From: Alphaproteobacteria bacterium | Lineage (GTDB): Bacteria > Pseudomonadota > Alphaproteobacteria > SP197 | NCBI GenBank assembly: GCA_965228895.1 | Contig: OZ245842.1 | Coordinates: forward strand, 3,680,001-3,744,000 | Direction of reading: 5' to 3' | DNA length: 64,000 bases | Part shown: positions 1 through 9,544 of the stretch, piece after piece | Layout: each line of letters opens with the position of its first letter | How positions within the stretch are numbered: the stretch's first letter is position 1 | Position numbers and translations under genes: made by a program | Notes under the pieces: model-generated | Seen by the model: the letters and a program-made list of their open reading frames with translations, nothing else | What the model was told of the DNA's origin: nothing | Database searches by the model: none

Positions 1-1
1 T

Positions 2-220
2 GCGCCACAGGCCGGCATCTACGAGCCCTTCGTCGCTCTTGCCGACCGCGTCAAGAAGGGCCAGCCGGTCGGCCAGGTGCATAACCCCAAGGCGCCGGGC
101 CGCCCGGCCGCCATCTGCAAGGCGCCCGCCGACGGCATCGTCTTCACCCGCCACGCGTTCGGCCTGATCAGGAAGGATCAGACCGTCGTCACCGTGGCGC
201 AAGTTTCGAAAGACTACTGA
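2..220 (+). CDS. 3' part of succinylglutamate desuccinylase/aspartoacylase-family protein (DoeB/EutE-like), truncated by window edge
   Basis: Frame 2 reads APQAGIYEPFVALADRVKKGQPVGQVHNP...KAPADGIVF...DY*, typical AstE/AspA C-terminal barrel-sandwich; lies directly upstream of an ectoine hydrolase-like gene. Confidence 0.65.
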   Translation, partial: APQAGIYEPFVALADRVKKGQPVGQVHNPKAPGRPAAICKAPADGIVFTRHAFGLIRKDQTVVTVAQVSKDY

Positions 221-262
221 CCGCAACCATTCCATCGCCCAACGCGACAAGGAGGATCAACC

Positions 263-1420
263 GTGCCTGCTGCCTTCGAGACGTCCGAGTACCGCGACCG
301 CGTCCAACGCACCGCCACCAGCATGGAGGCTTCCGGCATCGATACGCTGGTCATCCTGTCCGAAGCGCACATGGCCTATCTGACCGGTTACGCCGGGCGC
401 TCGGCCTATGTGCCCCAGGCCGGCATGCTGCGCGCGGGCGACACCGACGCGACGCTGATCCTGCGCGAGATGGATATCCACTGCGCCTACCCGACGGTCT
501 ATCTCGATCACGACAAGATCACGAGCTATCCCGAAAGCTACATCGGCACGCCCGACCGCTCGCCATGGGACGTCATTGGCGCACGTGTTCTGGAGATGGC
601 CGGCGACGGGCGCATCGGCATCGAGTTCGGCGCCGACAGCTTTTCTCACGGCGACTATCAAGCGCTTGCCAAGGCGCTGGGCGGCCGCGACGTCGCCGAT
701 GCCACGAACGTCATGGTGCCGGTCAAGGCCAAGAAGTCGCCGGCCGAGATCGCCTGCATGCGCCAGGCCGCGACCATCGTCGACCAGGCACTCGCCAACG
801 GCATTAACATGATCGAACCGGGCGTGCGCCAATGCGATGTCGCCGCGCGCATCACCCACGATCTGATCGCCGGGACGCCGGCGTTCGGCGGTGACACGCC
901 GCCACCGGTCACCATGCCGACCGGCCCGGGTGTCGCCCAGGCGCCGCATTTGAAGTGGACCGACGAACCCTTCAAGGCCGGCGACCAGACCGACTTCGAG
1001 GTCGGCGCCTTCGTGCATCGGTACTGCTGCGGCCTGTCGCGCACGACCTATGTCGGCGAACCGCCGGCGCGCCTCGTCCAGGTCCACGACGCCGTCCAGG
1101 AAAGCTGGCATGCGGCGTTCGACGCCATCCAGCCCGGCGTCACCGGCGGCGACATCCACCGCGCCTTCGCCAAGGCGTTCACGCCCCACGGCATCCGCAA
1201 GGAGTCGCGCATCGGCTATTCGATCGGCATGAACTGGGGCGATCTGTGTTTCAGCCTGCAGGATGACGACGAGAACGTCCTGGAGACCGACTACACGCTG
1301 CACCTGATCATCGGCATCTGGGAACCCAACGACGCCTATGTCTTCAGCGAAACCATCCGCATCGGCGAGGACAAGGGCGAAAGCCTCTCGACTATGCCGC
1401 GCGAACTCTTCGTGCGGTAG
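263..1420 (+). CDS. M24 Xaa-Pro peptidase/creatinase family, ectoine hydrolase (DoeA/EutD)-like
   Basis: FETSEYRDRV N-terminus, YLTGY, APHLKWTD, KESRIGYSIG, FSETIRI; RBS aggagg before GTG. Confidence 0.8.
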   Translation: MPAAFETSEYRDRVQRTATSMEASGIDTLVILSEAHMAYLTGYAGRSAYVPQAGMLRAGDTDATLILREMDIHCAYPTVYLDHDKITSYPESYIGTPDRSPWDVIGARVLEMAGDGRIGIEFGADSFSHGDYQALAKALGGRDVADATNVMVPVKAKKSPAEIACMRQAATIVDQALANGINMIEPGVRQCDVAARITHDLIAGTPAFGGDTPPPVTMPTGPGVAQAPHLKWTDEPFKAGDQTDFEVGAFVHRYCCGLSRTTYVGEPPARLVQVHDAVQESWHAAFDAIQPGVTGGDIHRAFAKAFTPHGIRKESRIGYSIGMNWGDLCFSLQDDDENVLETDYTLHLIIGIWEPNDAYVFSETIRIGEDKGESLSTMPRELFVR

Positions 1421-1431
1421 AACGCCGCACC

Positions 1432-1545
1432 AGCCCTCACCCTGCCCTCTCCCCAAGGGGAGAGGGGATGTGACATCGGTCGGTTCCCCTCGCCCGCGTG
1501 CGGGAGAGGGAGGGACCCGGCGCGAAGCGCTGGGAGGGTGAGGGT
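1432..1545. repeat. Alphaproteobacterial REP/RIME-like palindromic element
   Basis: ccctcaccctgccctctccccaaggggagagggg followed by ccctcgcccgcgtgcgggagaggg...gggagggtgaggg; nested inverted repeats in an intergenic position. Confidence 0.7.
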
Positions 1546-1572
1546 CGGCGACAGCTTTGACACCGGCGACCG

Positions 1573-1690
1573 TTATGTCGTCAGCGCCACCACCGAGTCG
1601 TCCGATACTGCGACCGAGCCGAAGATACCGCCTTCGACCTTGACCATCTCGAAGACGGCCACGTGCAGGGACCGGCAGTAATCGCCGCGA
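1573..1690 (-). pseudogene. Degenerate copy of the 3' end of the cysteine hydrolase gene at 2556-3257
   Basis: Minus frame reads DYCRSLHVAVFEMVKVEGGIFGSVAVSDDSVVALTT*, versus DCCGAVSPSLHDAAVEMVKVEGGIFGSVATSDAFVAALSAPKAG*; DNA 1610-1652 is nearly identical to about 2606-2648. Confidence 0.85.
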
Positions 1691-1763
1691 TCAAATATTG
1701 CAATTGAGACGCATTCTCATGTAAGATCGCACGCCCTTCGATTTGCCCCAGGGAACGCCTGCG

Positions 1764-2390
1764 ATGCACGACAGTCTAGCCACGCCTTTGACGTCACAAA
1801 ACGAAACCGACATTGCCCTCGACATGCTGCTGTCCAGGGCATCGGTGTCGCCGGCCGCGATGACGGAGCCGGGCCCCGAAGGCCACGACCTCAACGATAT
1901 CCTGGATGCGGCCATGCGCGCGCCCGACCACGGACGGCTTCGCCCCTGGCGCTTCCTCACCATCAGCGGCGATGCGCGCTACGCGTTGGGTGACGTCTTT
2001 GTCTCGGCGCTTCGCAAACGGGACCCCGACGCCGCCGATGTGCTGATCGAGCGCGAACGCACGCGCGCCCTGCGCGCGCCCCTCGTCATTGCCGCCGGTG
2101 CGCATATCGACCCCGATAACGCCATCCCCGAAATCGAACAGGTGCTCTCGGCCGGTGCGGCCGTCATGAACATCCTGAACGCCGCCCACGCGCTCGGCTT
2201 TTCCGCCATGTGGGTGACCGGCAAGAACAGCTACGATCCCGTCGTGAACGAAGCGCTGGGCTTTCAAAAGCCCGACCGTCTGATCGGCTTCGTCTATCTG
2301 GGCACGCCAAAGGAACCCGCCAAACCCGTTCAGCGGCCCCTGCGCGACGATTTCGTTCGCGACTGGTCGATGACACCGCATCACACGTAA
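1764..2390 (+). CDS. Nitroreductase family protein (YdjA-like)
   Basis: LLSRAS, AAMRAPDHGRLRPWRF, RAPLVI, AAHALGFSAMWVTG, IGFVYLGT. Confidence 0.9.
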   Translation: MHDSLATPLTSQNETDIALDMLLSRASVSPAAMTEPGPEGHDLNDILDAAMRAPDHGRLRPWRFLTISGDARYALGDVFVSALRKRDPDAADVLIERERTRALRAPLVIAAGAHIDPDNAIPEIEQVLSAGAAVMNILNAAHALGFSAMWVTGKNSYDPVVNEALGFQKPDRLIGFVYLGTPKEPAKPVQRPLRDDFVRDWSMTPHHT

Positions 2391-2555
2391 CCACGAATTG
2401 CTTCCCCGGAACCCGTCATGGCCGTCGACCGCGACGACACGATGCTTCCCGACCTACGGGCAGCGATCACGCCCACGGGTCTTGTTCACTGAGGTTCTGA
2501 CCGATGACCAACAGACAGAGATCGCCCGGCGATCGGGTCAAGACAAGCAGCGAAC

Positions 2556-3257
2556 TTACCCTGCCTTGGGCGCGCTCAACGCCGCCACGAAAGCGTCCGA
2601 CGTCGCGACCGAGCCGAAGATACCGCCTTCAACCTTGACCATCTCGACGGCGGCGTCGTGCAGCGACGGGCTGACCGCGCCGCAGCAGTCGGACAGCAAC
2701 AGGCATTCGAAACCCCTGTCCGTCGCCTCACGCAGTGTCGTGTGGACGCACACATCGATGGTGTTGCCGGCAAAGGCGATGTTCTCGACGCCCTGGGCGC
2801 GCAACACGGCATCCAGATCGGTGCCGTAGAACGCGCCGTTCGCGGTCTTGTCGATCACCGGTTCGCCGTCGACCGGCGCCAGCTCCGGAATGATCTGCCA
2901 GCCGGGTTCGCCGCGCATCAGGATCCGGCCCAGCGGACCGGGATCGCCGGGCGCGGCGCCACGCTGCTGCGTGCGCCGGCGTTTCTTGACCGGAAGGTCG
3001 GCAAGATCGGCGCGATAGCCTTGGCGCGTGTGGAAGACATGGAGCCCGGCCTGGCGCGCGGCGGCCAACGCCCGCTGCGCCGGTTCGATCGGCGCGCGCA
3101 ACGGCGCGACGTCGTAGCCCATCTGGCCGATGTAGCCGCGGGCGTCACAGAAATCGAGCTGCATGTCGATGACGATCAGCGCCGAGTTGGCCGCCGATCC
3201 GTCGTCCGTATCGGGCCAGGGATAGGGATCGGCGGGAACGTTGACGAAGTCCGTCAT
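2556..3257 (-). CDS. Cysteine hydrolase (isochorismatase family), biuret hydrolase-like
   Basis: PYPWP, IDMQLDF (Asp), IDK (Lys), DVCVHTT (Cys), REATDRG; start overlaps TauD stop (ATGA). Confidence 0.85.
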   Translation of the reverse strand: MTDFVNVPADPYPWPDTDDGSAANSALIVIDMQLDFCDARGYIGQMGYDVAPLRAPIEPAQRALAAARQAGLHVFHTRQGYRADLADLPVKKRRRTQQRGAAPGDPGPLGRILMRGEPGWQIIPELAPVDGEPVIDKTANGAFYGTDLDAVLRAQGVENIAFAGNTIDVCVHTTLREATDRGFECLLLSDCCGAVSPSLHDAAVEMVKVEGGIFGSVATSDAFVAALSAPKAG

Positions 3258-4099
3258 GAAACCGGCTTGTCGCCCTTCAAGGTCACCCGGTGCATGACCC
3301 GGTGCGCGTCGCCGTAATCGCTGGCCGCATAATGCAGGGTGCAGCGGTTGTCCCACATGGCGACATCGCCTTCCGACCAACGCCAGCGCACCTGGAAATT
3401 CGCCTGCTCGATATGCTCGAACAGGAAGTTCAGGATGTTCCGGCTTTCGATCGACGTCACGCCCATGACGTCGGTGGTGAAGGCGCGGTTAACGAACAGC
3501 GCCTTGCGGCCGGTCTCCGGATGGCGGTGCACCACCGGATGCACGCAGCCCGGCTGCTCCTCCTTCAGCTTGCGCAAACGCTCTTCCCCGTTCGGCGTGT
3601 CGGGATCGAGCAGATAGGGTCTGAAATTCGGAACACCGTCATGCAACGCTTCGAGTCCCTCGACCATGTGGCGCATGCGATCGGAGAGCGCGTCATAGGC
3701 CGCGTACATGCTGGCAAAGAGCGTGTCGCCGCCGACATCCGGCAGCTTGACCGCGCGCAGGATCGAACCCAGCGGCGGCGTTTGATCGAACGTGACGTCG
3801 GAATGCCAGACATCATTGTACTTGCCGCCGCCCCTGCGTTCCTTGGTTTCGACCAGCATGACCTCGGAGTTGTCGGGATGGTGCATGAGACCGCCATGGG
3901 GCGGGTCGATTGTGCCGAAGCGGCGCGCGAACCCGGCGAGATCATCGGCGGTCATGTCCTGGCGCGGAAAGAACAGAACCTGGTGTTGCAGAAACGCGTC
4001 ATGGATCGCTTCGGTCTCGTTGTCGCCGATGGCCTTCAGATCCATGCCGGCGATTTCGGCACCAACGTTAGGGGTGAGCTGTCTGAGGTTGCCGAGCAT
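3254..4099 (-). CDS. TauD/TfdA family Fe(II)/2-oxoglutarate dioxygenase
   Basis: WHSDVTF (HxD), GGDTLFASM, HPVVHRHPETGRKALFVN, WDNRCTLH, RVMHRVT. Confidence 0.92.
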   Translation of the reverse strand: MLGNLRQLTPNVGAEIAGMDLKAIGDNETEAIHDAFLQHQVLFFPRQDMTADDLAGFARRFGTIDPPHGGLMHHPDNSEVMLVETKERRGGGKYNDVWHSDVTFDQTPPLGSILRAVKLPDVGGDTLFASMYAAYDALSDRMRHMVEGLEALHDGVPNFRPYLLDPDTPNGEERLRKLKEEQPGCVHPVVHRHPETGRKALFVNRAFTTDVMGVTSIESRNILNFLFEHIEQANFQVRWRWSEGDVAMWDNRCTLHYAASDYGDAHRVMHRVTLKGDKPVS

Positions 4100-4164
4100 C
4101 GTGGAAAATCCTCCGCGGCGGCGAAACACACAATCCCTAACGATCACCCTACTGCGCTGCTGCC

Positions 4165-5178
4165 TTGGACCTCAAGGGGTTCGCTTGGCGCGCAATCAGT
4201 TTCAGCGAACCCAAGAGAATTTTGCGTTTGATTCCCGGTCCTGCCGCGCCCATCAAGTACTGGTTTCAACCAGCCGGGCCTCGCCGCGCCTTGTTTTCCC
4301 ATCTTCCGACCCACGTCAAAGGCCTGCTGATCACCGGCTTCGGCGTTCTCGTCATGACGCCGGACGGCCTCTTGGTCCGCCTGGTCGATGCCGACGAATG
4401 GACCCTGCTCTTCTGGCGCGGGCTCTTGGCCGGTATCGGCATGACGATCGGTTTGACGCTGATCTATCGCGGCAAGACCTGGGCGCTGATACGCCAGATC
4501 GGCTGGGCTGGCCTTGTCACCGGCATCATCTTCGGCGTCGGCACCTGCGCCTTCATCATGGGGATCACCCATACATCGGTCGCCAACACGCTGTTTCTGG
4601 TCAGCACCTCGCCGCTGTTCGCCGCCTTCTTCGCCTGGCTGGTGCTGCGCGAACCCGTCGCGTTGCGCACCTGGCTGGCGATCGCCGTGACGATGCTGGG
4701 CATCGGCGTGATCGTCTCGGGCGACCTAGACTGGGGTTCGATGATCGGCAACCTCGCCGCGCTCGCCGCCGCGATAACGCTCGCGGTGAACTTCTGCACC
4801 ATGCGCCACTATCAGGGCCGCAACATGGTGCCGGCCATGGGCATCGGCGGTTTTGTCGCCGCGGTGATCGCGCTGCCGCTGGCCGCGCCGCTTTCGATCA
4901 GCGAAAGCGATATCGGCGTGCTCGCGCTGATGGGCCTCGTCATGGTGCCGCTCTCGTTCGGCCTGCTCTTTGTCGGCCCGCGTTACCTGCCGGCGCCGGA
5001 AGTCGGTCTCATGATGCTGTTGGAGGCGGTGCTCGGCCCGTTTTGGGTGTGGTGGGCGCTGGGCGAAAACCCGGGTCTGGCCGCGATCGTCGGCGGCACC
5101 ATCGTGCTAAGTGCGCTGGCCGCTCATGCCGCGCTTGCACTCCGCGAGGAACGCCGTCAAACACGACCATCCCCATAA
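4165..5178 (+). CDS. DMT/EamA family transporter (true start may be further downstream)
   Basis: About 10 hydrophobic helices, PLFAAFFAWLVLRE, LLEAVLGPFWVWWALGE. Confidence 0.85.
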   Translation: MDLKGFAWRAISFSEPKRILRLIPGPAAPIKYWFQPAGPRRALFSHLPTHVKGLLITGFGVLVMTPDGLLVRLVDADEWTLLFWRGLLAGIGMTIGLTLIYRGKTWALIRQIGWAGLVTGIIFGVGTCAFIMGITHTSVANTLFLVSTSPLFAAFFAWLVLREPVALRTWLAIAVTMLGIGVIVSGDLDWGSMIGNLAALAAAITLAVNFCTMRHYQGRNMVPAMGIGGFVAAVIALPLAAPLSISESDIGVLALMGLVMVPLSFGLLFVGPRYLPAPEVGLMMLLEAVLGPFWVWWALGENPGLAAIVGGTIVLSALAAHAALALREERRQTRPSP

Positions 5179-5260
5179 AAACCAGCGCTTGGCCAGAGAA
5201 CCGCCACACTTGCCGGGCCCTATGGCTGCGTCTGCCAGCCATGTGACCTCGGGGATCTCC

Positions 5261-5956
5261 ATGCTTCACAGATACCGCCGCGTGCCGCCTGCCCTTTTTG
5301 CCGGACTTGCCCTGCTCGCCGTGAGCGCCATGGCACCGGTGTCGGCAGAACAGGTTTCCGGCACCTTCGAAAGCGGCGTCGACCGGCCGGGCGGCGACTA
5401 CCGCGCCTTCGACCTCGACAGCGACGAGGCCACCTTGTGCTTCAGTGCCTGCGCCAAGGACGAACAGTGCCTGGCCTGGACCTACGCCAAGCCCGGCGTT
5501 CAGGGCGAGAACGCGCACTGCACCCTGAAAAACGAGGTCACCGCCGGCGCCGCCGATCCGTGCTGCACGTCCGGCGTCATGGCGCGTGCCGGCGTCGATG
5601 CCCAAACCGTGGCTCCCGCCGCCAACCAGAGTGGCGAGCCCCACCCCTGGGACACCGTCCGGGCCGACGGCCGCTGGTGCGCCGATGACCTGATCGCTGC
5701 CGGCCACAAACCGCTCTTCGTGCAGACCGGTGAGACCATCGACAATACCTATGTGTTCACCGATCCCCTCAACAACGGTTACATCGGCATCACCGGATGC
5801 AATCAGGTGGCCTGGAACTGGATCGCCTTTCACCAGGCCTGGGTCGAACAGGACTTGAGCTACCCTTCCGCCGAGGAGGACCCGGTCTATTCGAAAAAGA
5901 TCGTCTACCAGCACCTGGAGACCGGCAATCAGGTCACCATTGCCTACTTTCGTTAA
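5261..5956 (+). CDS. Secreted PAN/apple domain protein
   Basis: Signal peptide, DRPGGDY...C..AC..D..C.AWTY...C.LK...CCTSG. Confidence 0.75.
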   Translation: MLHRYRRVPPALFAGLALLAVSAMAPVSAEQVSGTFESGVDRPGGDYRAFDLDSDEATLCFSACAKDEQCLAWTYAKPGVQGENAHCTLKNEVTAGAADPCCTSGVMARAGVDAQTVAPAANQSGEPHPWDTVRADGRWCADDLIAAGHKPLFVQTGETIDNTYVFTDPLNNGYIGITGCNQVAWNWIAFHQAWVEQDLSYPSAEEDPVYSKKIVYQHLETGNQVTIAYFR

Positions 5957-5980
5957 CCATTCCCCGATTGAGTTCCGCTG

Positions 5981-5995
5981 TTTACGGACTGTTAA
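5981..5995. promoter_or_regulatory. Putative CtrA-binding box
   Basis: TTTA-N7-TTAA (one mismatch to TTAA-N7-TTAA); TTAACCAT also at 5953-5960. Confidence 0.35.
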
Positions 5996-6191
5996 GACTT
6001 AGAACAGCTCTCACTAAGCGTTTGAATCCGCGCCATAAAACTCGCTCATTTTGTTGACGTCTGACATTTTGATCAGTCATCCAAAACGCGAAAACGTTTC
6101 ATCCCGCAATGATCTGAGAAACTTCGGCCATGAGCAGCGTCGTCTAGCCCTTCTGCCTAGATCTACCTCGTCCGATTGGAGGGGCAACACC

Positions 6192-6584
6192 ATGGAACCG
6201 ACGACCTGCACGTACGTTATTGGTAGAGATCAGAGCGCGCGAGAGAAGCTGCACCGTTCTTTTGAGGCGACCGGCCTCGGCGCAGCCTGGCAGGCCGAGA
6301 GCCTGCACTCCCTGATGCCGCCGCATATCTGTTATCCCGAACCCAACATCGTTCTGGTCGACATCACCCACATGGCGGGTGATCTCAGGAACCAGTTGGT
6401 CGAGATCCAAAACGAATATCCCGGCGCGACGTTCCTTTTGATGAGCGAAAAGGTCACCTCAAGCCTGCTCATGGAGTACCTGCCGATCGGCATCGGTGGC
6501 GTGCTGCCGCTGGATATCGACCCGCAGATGCTGCGTTACTCGCTGGAATTGCTGCTCGACGACACGCTGATGGCGATGAACTGA
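6192..6584 (+). CDS. Stand-alone atypical receiver (REC)-like domain protein
   Basis: PNIVLVD, YPGATFLLMS, GIGGVL pattern of NarL-type REC; RBS ggagggg; no HTH follows. Confidence 0.6.
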   Translation: MEPTTCTYVIGRDQSAREKLHRSFEATGLGAAWQAESLHSLMPPHICYPEPNIVLVDITHMAGDLRNQLVEIQNEYPGATFLLMSEKVTSSLLMEYLPIGIGGVLPLDIDPQMLRYSLELLLDDTLMAMN

Positions 6585-6626
6585 ACGGTTCGTCCCCTTA
6601 GATCCCACTGTCGAAGCGGATCGGAC

Positions 6627-6663
6627 AAAAAAATTGCCCGGCCCCCAGGGATGGGGCCGGGCA
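6627..6663 (-). terminator. Rho-independent terminator
   Basis: 11-bp stem tgcccggcccc/ggggccgggca preceded by A7 (a U-run on the minus strand); lies between convergent genes. Confidence 0.65.
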
Positions 6664-6803
6664 GAAGTCCGTTCCGGAGTCGTTTGCCAAATCGATACAG
6701 TGTTGGCGACCCACCATATAGGGTACGTCTGCTGCCCAATCATCCCCCATCTTGATAGTTCGCTGTTGTTTTCTGTGGATAAATGCGACATTTGCGCGCG
6801 CCC

Positions 6804-7259
6804 TTAGGGCCAGGTGCACGTAGCGCGGAAGGTGAAGACATCGCTCTTGCCGCCTTCATGACTGACCCGTGAATAGGTCAGTTCCGGCCCCATGAAGTGA
6901 AACGTCTCGACCAGACCGATAGGGTAGACGGCGGCCAACACAACGCGTTCGGCGCCGACCTCCAGCGCCATCATGTCGGCGGCGTTATCGGAAATGACAC
7001 GAAGCGCACTGCCTTCCTCGTATTCGACATCGAAGCCTGGTGCCGTCTTGCCGGCCTCATGCACCAGACGTGTCTCGCCCGGCATGCGGCCGAGGTCACC
7101 ACCGGTCTGCACATTGTTAACACCGGCTCCCTGAACAAGATGGCTGACACCGACGAGCGGTCCACACACGGCCACAACGTCGTCATCAGCCGCCGCAGCG
7201 GCGAACGACAGGGCGTAGCCACAAACCACTCCTGACAGAACGGCCTTAAACGAGACCAT
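6804..7259 (-). CDS. Hypothetical secreted protein
   Basis: RBS aggagg, signal peptide MVSFKAVLSGVVCGYALSFAAAA. Confidence 0.6.
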   Translation of the reverse strand: MVSFKAVLSGVVCGYALSFAAAAADDDVVAVCGPLVGVSHLVQGAGVNNVQTGGDLGRMPGETRLVHEAGKTAPGFDVEYEEGSALRVISDNAADMMALEVGAERVVLAAVYPIGLVETFHFMGPELTYSRVSHEGGKSDVFTFRATCTWP

Positions 7260-7544
7260 CGTGATATCCTCCTGTCGCCTTGTCTGTTTCCGGCTGGCGA
7301 GCATCGTCGTCCGACAACTATGCCACAGGTGTGGCGAACGTGGCGGCGCGCTTCTGAAACACGACAGAAACAATAAAGCCTGACGGCTTGAGGTCTCGCA
7401 GCAACGAAACGCCACCACATTGAACAGCCAACCGGCACCAGGCACCTGTTTGGGCAGCATGTGCGCGGGCATACAACGTGACGGGCAACGAGGGAACTCC
7501 TAGCCGTGCTGCATTCGGCGCATAGACGAAACGTGGAACAATCG

Positions 7545-8942
7545 ATGGTGAACGACGACAATCTCGATGAACTCTTCGAAGCGGTCGCGACACGTGCCGC
7601 CGACTATCGACGGTCGCTGGCGAATCGGCCGCAGCGGCCGGAGAAAACCTATGAAGACATGCGTCACGCCTTCGATGCACCACTGCCGGAGGACGGCCTG
7701 CCGTCTCTGGAGGTGATCGAACAACTGGCCGACACCGCCGAGCCGGGCCTTGCCGTCATGGCGGGACCCCGGTTCTTCGGTTGGGTCATCGGTGCGTCGC
7801 ATCCGGTCGGTGTCGCGGCCGACTGGCTGACCAGCGCCTGGGGCCAAAACACCGGAAGCCATCTCGCGACACCGTCCGCGGCCGCAATCGAGGAGACCAC
7901 CGGCCGCTGGCTGCTCGACCTTCTCGACCTGCCGCAAGACTGCTCCGTCGGGTTCGTCACCGGCGCGACTGTCGCCAATTTTGTGGCCCTGGCGGCAGCC
8001 CGGCGCAGTGTCCTTGAAAACACCGGTTGGGACGTCGAAGCCCATGGCCTGTTCGGCGCGCCGCCCATTCACGTCCTGATCGGCGACGACGCGCATACCA
8101 GTCTGTTTTCCGCGCTCAAGTTCTTGGGCCTGGGACATGACCGCGTCCGCCGCGTCGCCACCGACGCGGCCGGACGTATCAAACCCGACGCGTTCGAAGC
8201 CGCGCTTTACGATATCGATGGTCCACTCATTGCCATCGCCCAGGCTGGCCAGATCAACACGGGCGCCTTTGACCCATTCGCCGAACTGGCGGCGATGACC
8301 CACAAGAGGAGCGGCTGGCTGCATGTCGACGGCGCGTTCGGTCTGTGGGCGCGCGCGTGTCCCGATCGCGCCCATCTCGGCGCCGGCCTCGAACAGGCGG
8401 ACTCGTGGGCCGTCGACGGGCACAAGTGGCTTCAGACACCCTATGACTGCGGCTACGCCATCGTGCGTCACGCGGAGGCCCACAGCCGCGCCATGACGAC
8501 CGATGCCAGCTACCTGCCCCAGGTCGCGTCGGGTCAGCGCAACCCCTCCCATTTCGTGCCGGAACTGTCGCGGCGCGCCCGCGGCTTCGCGACTTGGGCC
8601 ATCATCCGTCATCTCGGCCGCAGCGGCATCGCCGACATGGTGTCGCGCCACTGCCGGGTCGCACGCGCCATGGCGACCCGTCTGGCCAACGAACCGGGAA
8701 TCGAGATCCTGAACGATGTCGAGCTCAACCAGGTCATCGTGCGGTTTGGCGACAGCGACGATCTCACCCAGGCGGTGATCGACCGGGTGCAGGAGGACGG
8801 CACGTGTTTTGCCGGCGGCGCGCGGTGGCGCGGCCGCTGGGTGATGCGCATTTCGGTCATCTCGTGGCCGACGACCGACGAGGACGGGGACCTCTCGGCC
8901 GAGACCATCGCGCGCATTTGGTGCGATATGAAGGCGCCATGA
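7545..8942 (+). CDS. PLP-dependent group II amino acid decarboxylase
   Basis: PRFFGWV, GFVTGAT, AHTS, WLHVDGAFG, DSWAVDGHKWL (PLP Lys), ELSRRARG. Confidence 0.9.
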   Translation: MVNDDNLDELFEAVATRAADYRRSLANRPQRPEKTYEDMRHAFDAPLPEDGLPSLEVIEQLADTAEPGLAVMAGPRFFGWVIGASHPVGVAADWLTSAWGQNTGSHLATPSAAAIEETTGRWLLDLLDLPQDCSVGFVTGATVANFVALAAARRSVLENTGWDVEAHGLFGAPPIHVLIGDDAHTSLFSALKFLGLGHDRVRRVATDAAGRIKPDAFEAALYDIDGPLIAIAQAGQINTGAFDPFAELAAMTHKRSGWLHVDGAFGLWARACPDRAHLGAGLEQADSWAVDGHKWLQTPYDCGYAIVRHAEAHSRAMTTDASYLPQVASGQRNPSHFVPELSRRARGFATWAIIRHLGRSGIADMVSRHCRVARAMATRLANEPGIEILNDVELNQVIVRFGDSDDLTQAVIDRVQEDGTCFAGGARWRGRWVMRISVISWPTTDEDGDLSAETIARIWCDMKAP

Positions 8943-9013
8943 TTCTGCCGTAAGCTGCAGCCCTAATGCGCGTCTAGGTGCGGAATTGTCACGGCTGTCG
9001 AGGGGGCTTTCAC

Positions 9014-9538
9014 ATGACCAAACGTTCCATGGTGCTTTCTGTCGCGCTTGTCTTCGGTATGGCCGGCACGGCGACACTGGCTTACGCCGCTGCGGTCTTC
9101 GATGGGTTTGTCGAGAGCGTATCGGAGATTTGTACCGAGCAGCCGTCTACCTCCTGTGCCTTTGCGGTGAAAAACTTCCTCGATGCCGACGGCGACGGTT
9201 TCATCACCTATCAGGAAGTGGTCGCGGCGCGCGATGATGCGCGTAGTTCGATGAAGTCCCAGGAAAACCAGCTCGACCCGCAGGCGCGCGGCATTGTCGC
9301 CGTCGCTCTTTTGGTGACGCAGGACTCCCAACTGCCCGGCGTCTTCGACAACTTCGACACCAGTGGCGATAGCCGCTTGGACGAAGGCGAGTTGTTCGCC
9401 GACTTCGACCTCGACGAGCGGCCGTTCGGCGATGTGATAGCCGACCCGAATGGCGCCGATTGGCAGGGTTTCGCCAACCGGTTCGGCCCGGCCGGCATGC
9501 TCATTCTCGGTCTGTTGCCACCGGAATATCGTCAGTAA
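9014..9538 (+). CDS. Secreted EF-hand protein
   Basis: Signal peptide; DADGDGFITYQE and DTSGDSRLDEGE EF-hand loops. Confidence 0.7.
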   Translation: MTKRSMVLSVALVFGMAGTATLAYAAAVFDGFVESVSEICTEQPSTSCAFAVKNFLDADGDGFITYQEVVAARDDARSSMKSQENQLDPQARGIVAVALLVTQDSQLPGVFDNFDTSGDSRLDEGELFADFDLDERPFGDVIADPNGADWQGFANRFGPAGMLILGLLPPEYRQ

Positions 9539-9544
9539 TCCGCC

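Noticed and set aside
1432-1545. Possible ncRNA or terminator
   Set aside because: Matches the common alphaproteobacterial intergenic palindromic repeat pattern and has no U-tract
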